Positions 63,801-64,000 of a stretch of DNA of 64,000 bases are shown in pieces. Made by a program: the position numbers and the translations under genes. The notes under the pieces are model-generated. The model was not told the DNA's origin. It saw nothing but the letters and a program-made list of their open reading frames with translations, and made no database searches. Source of the stretch: Felis catus (Eukaryota). The stretch lies in NCBI RefSeq assembly GCF_018350175.1, contig NC_058369.1:8372001-8436000 (forward strand), given 5' to 3'. The first letter of the stretch is position 1; each line of letters starts with the position of its first letter.

Positions 63801-64000
63801 TGCGCTGACAATGTGGAGCCTGCTTGGGATTCCTTCTCTCTCTCCCTCTCTCTGCCCCTCCCCTGCTTGCTCTCTGTCTCAAAATTAAAAAAATAAAAAA
63901 CTTTAAATAAATAAATGGAAATAGCCACTTGGGACAGTGCCTGTGTAGTGCAGAGCAAAGGGAATTTACTGTGACTTTCCTGTTGCCTTGAACACTAAAA

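Noticed and set aside
59300..64000. Possible 3' exons of the next syntenic gene (KANK2 in human)
   Set aside because: No recognisable ankyrin-repeat coding exon is present; the region is mostly repeats, so the gene probably lies beyond the window.

Overview
This is mammalian genomic DNA, not prokaryotic. It is almost certainly felid (cat-like), judging by the very dense tRNA-derived CAN-SINE/SINEC_Fc elements. The window holds two complete protein-coding genes in convergent orientation. LDLR lies on the + strand with 18 coding exons, ATG at 12924 and TGA ending at 43020. Its spliced CDS is 2601 nt (866 aa), all introns are GT-AG, the classical SRE-1/Sp1 promoter is at about 12660-12820, and the 3'UTR runs to about 44720. 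SPC24 lies on the - strand with 5 coding exons, ATG at 59035 and TAG ending at 53073. Its CDS is 594 nt (197 aa) and it has two minor-spliceosome (U12) introns. The rest is SINEs, old L1/LTR/MER relics and microsatellites, and nearly all ORF-track entries are repeat- or GC-derived artefacts. I found no wholly new gene system. The most interesting observations are: (1) a 144-nt, in-frame, stop-free AT-AC U12 intron in SPC24 whose retention would give an NMD-immune +48 aa isoform; (2) a perfect 15-bp tandem duplication of Sp1 'repeat 1' in the LDLR promoter; (3) substitutions at PCSK9-contact residues of EGF-A; (4) a Cys-Cys at the IDOL target site in the LDLR tail; (5) a Pumilio element overlapping a proximal AATAAA in the LDLR 3'UTR. 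Comparisons with human sequences are from memory and need alignment to confirm.
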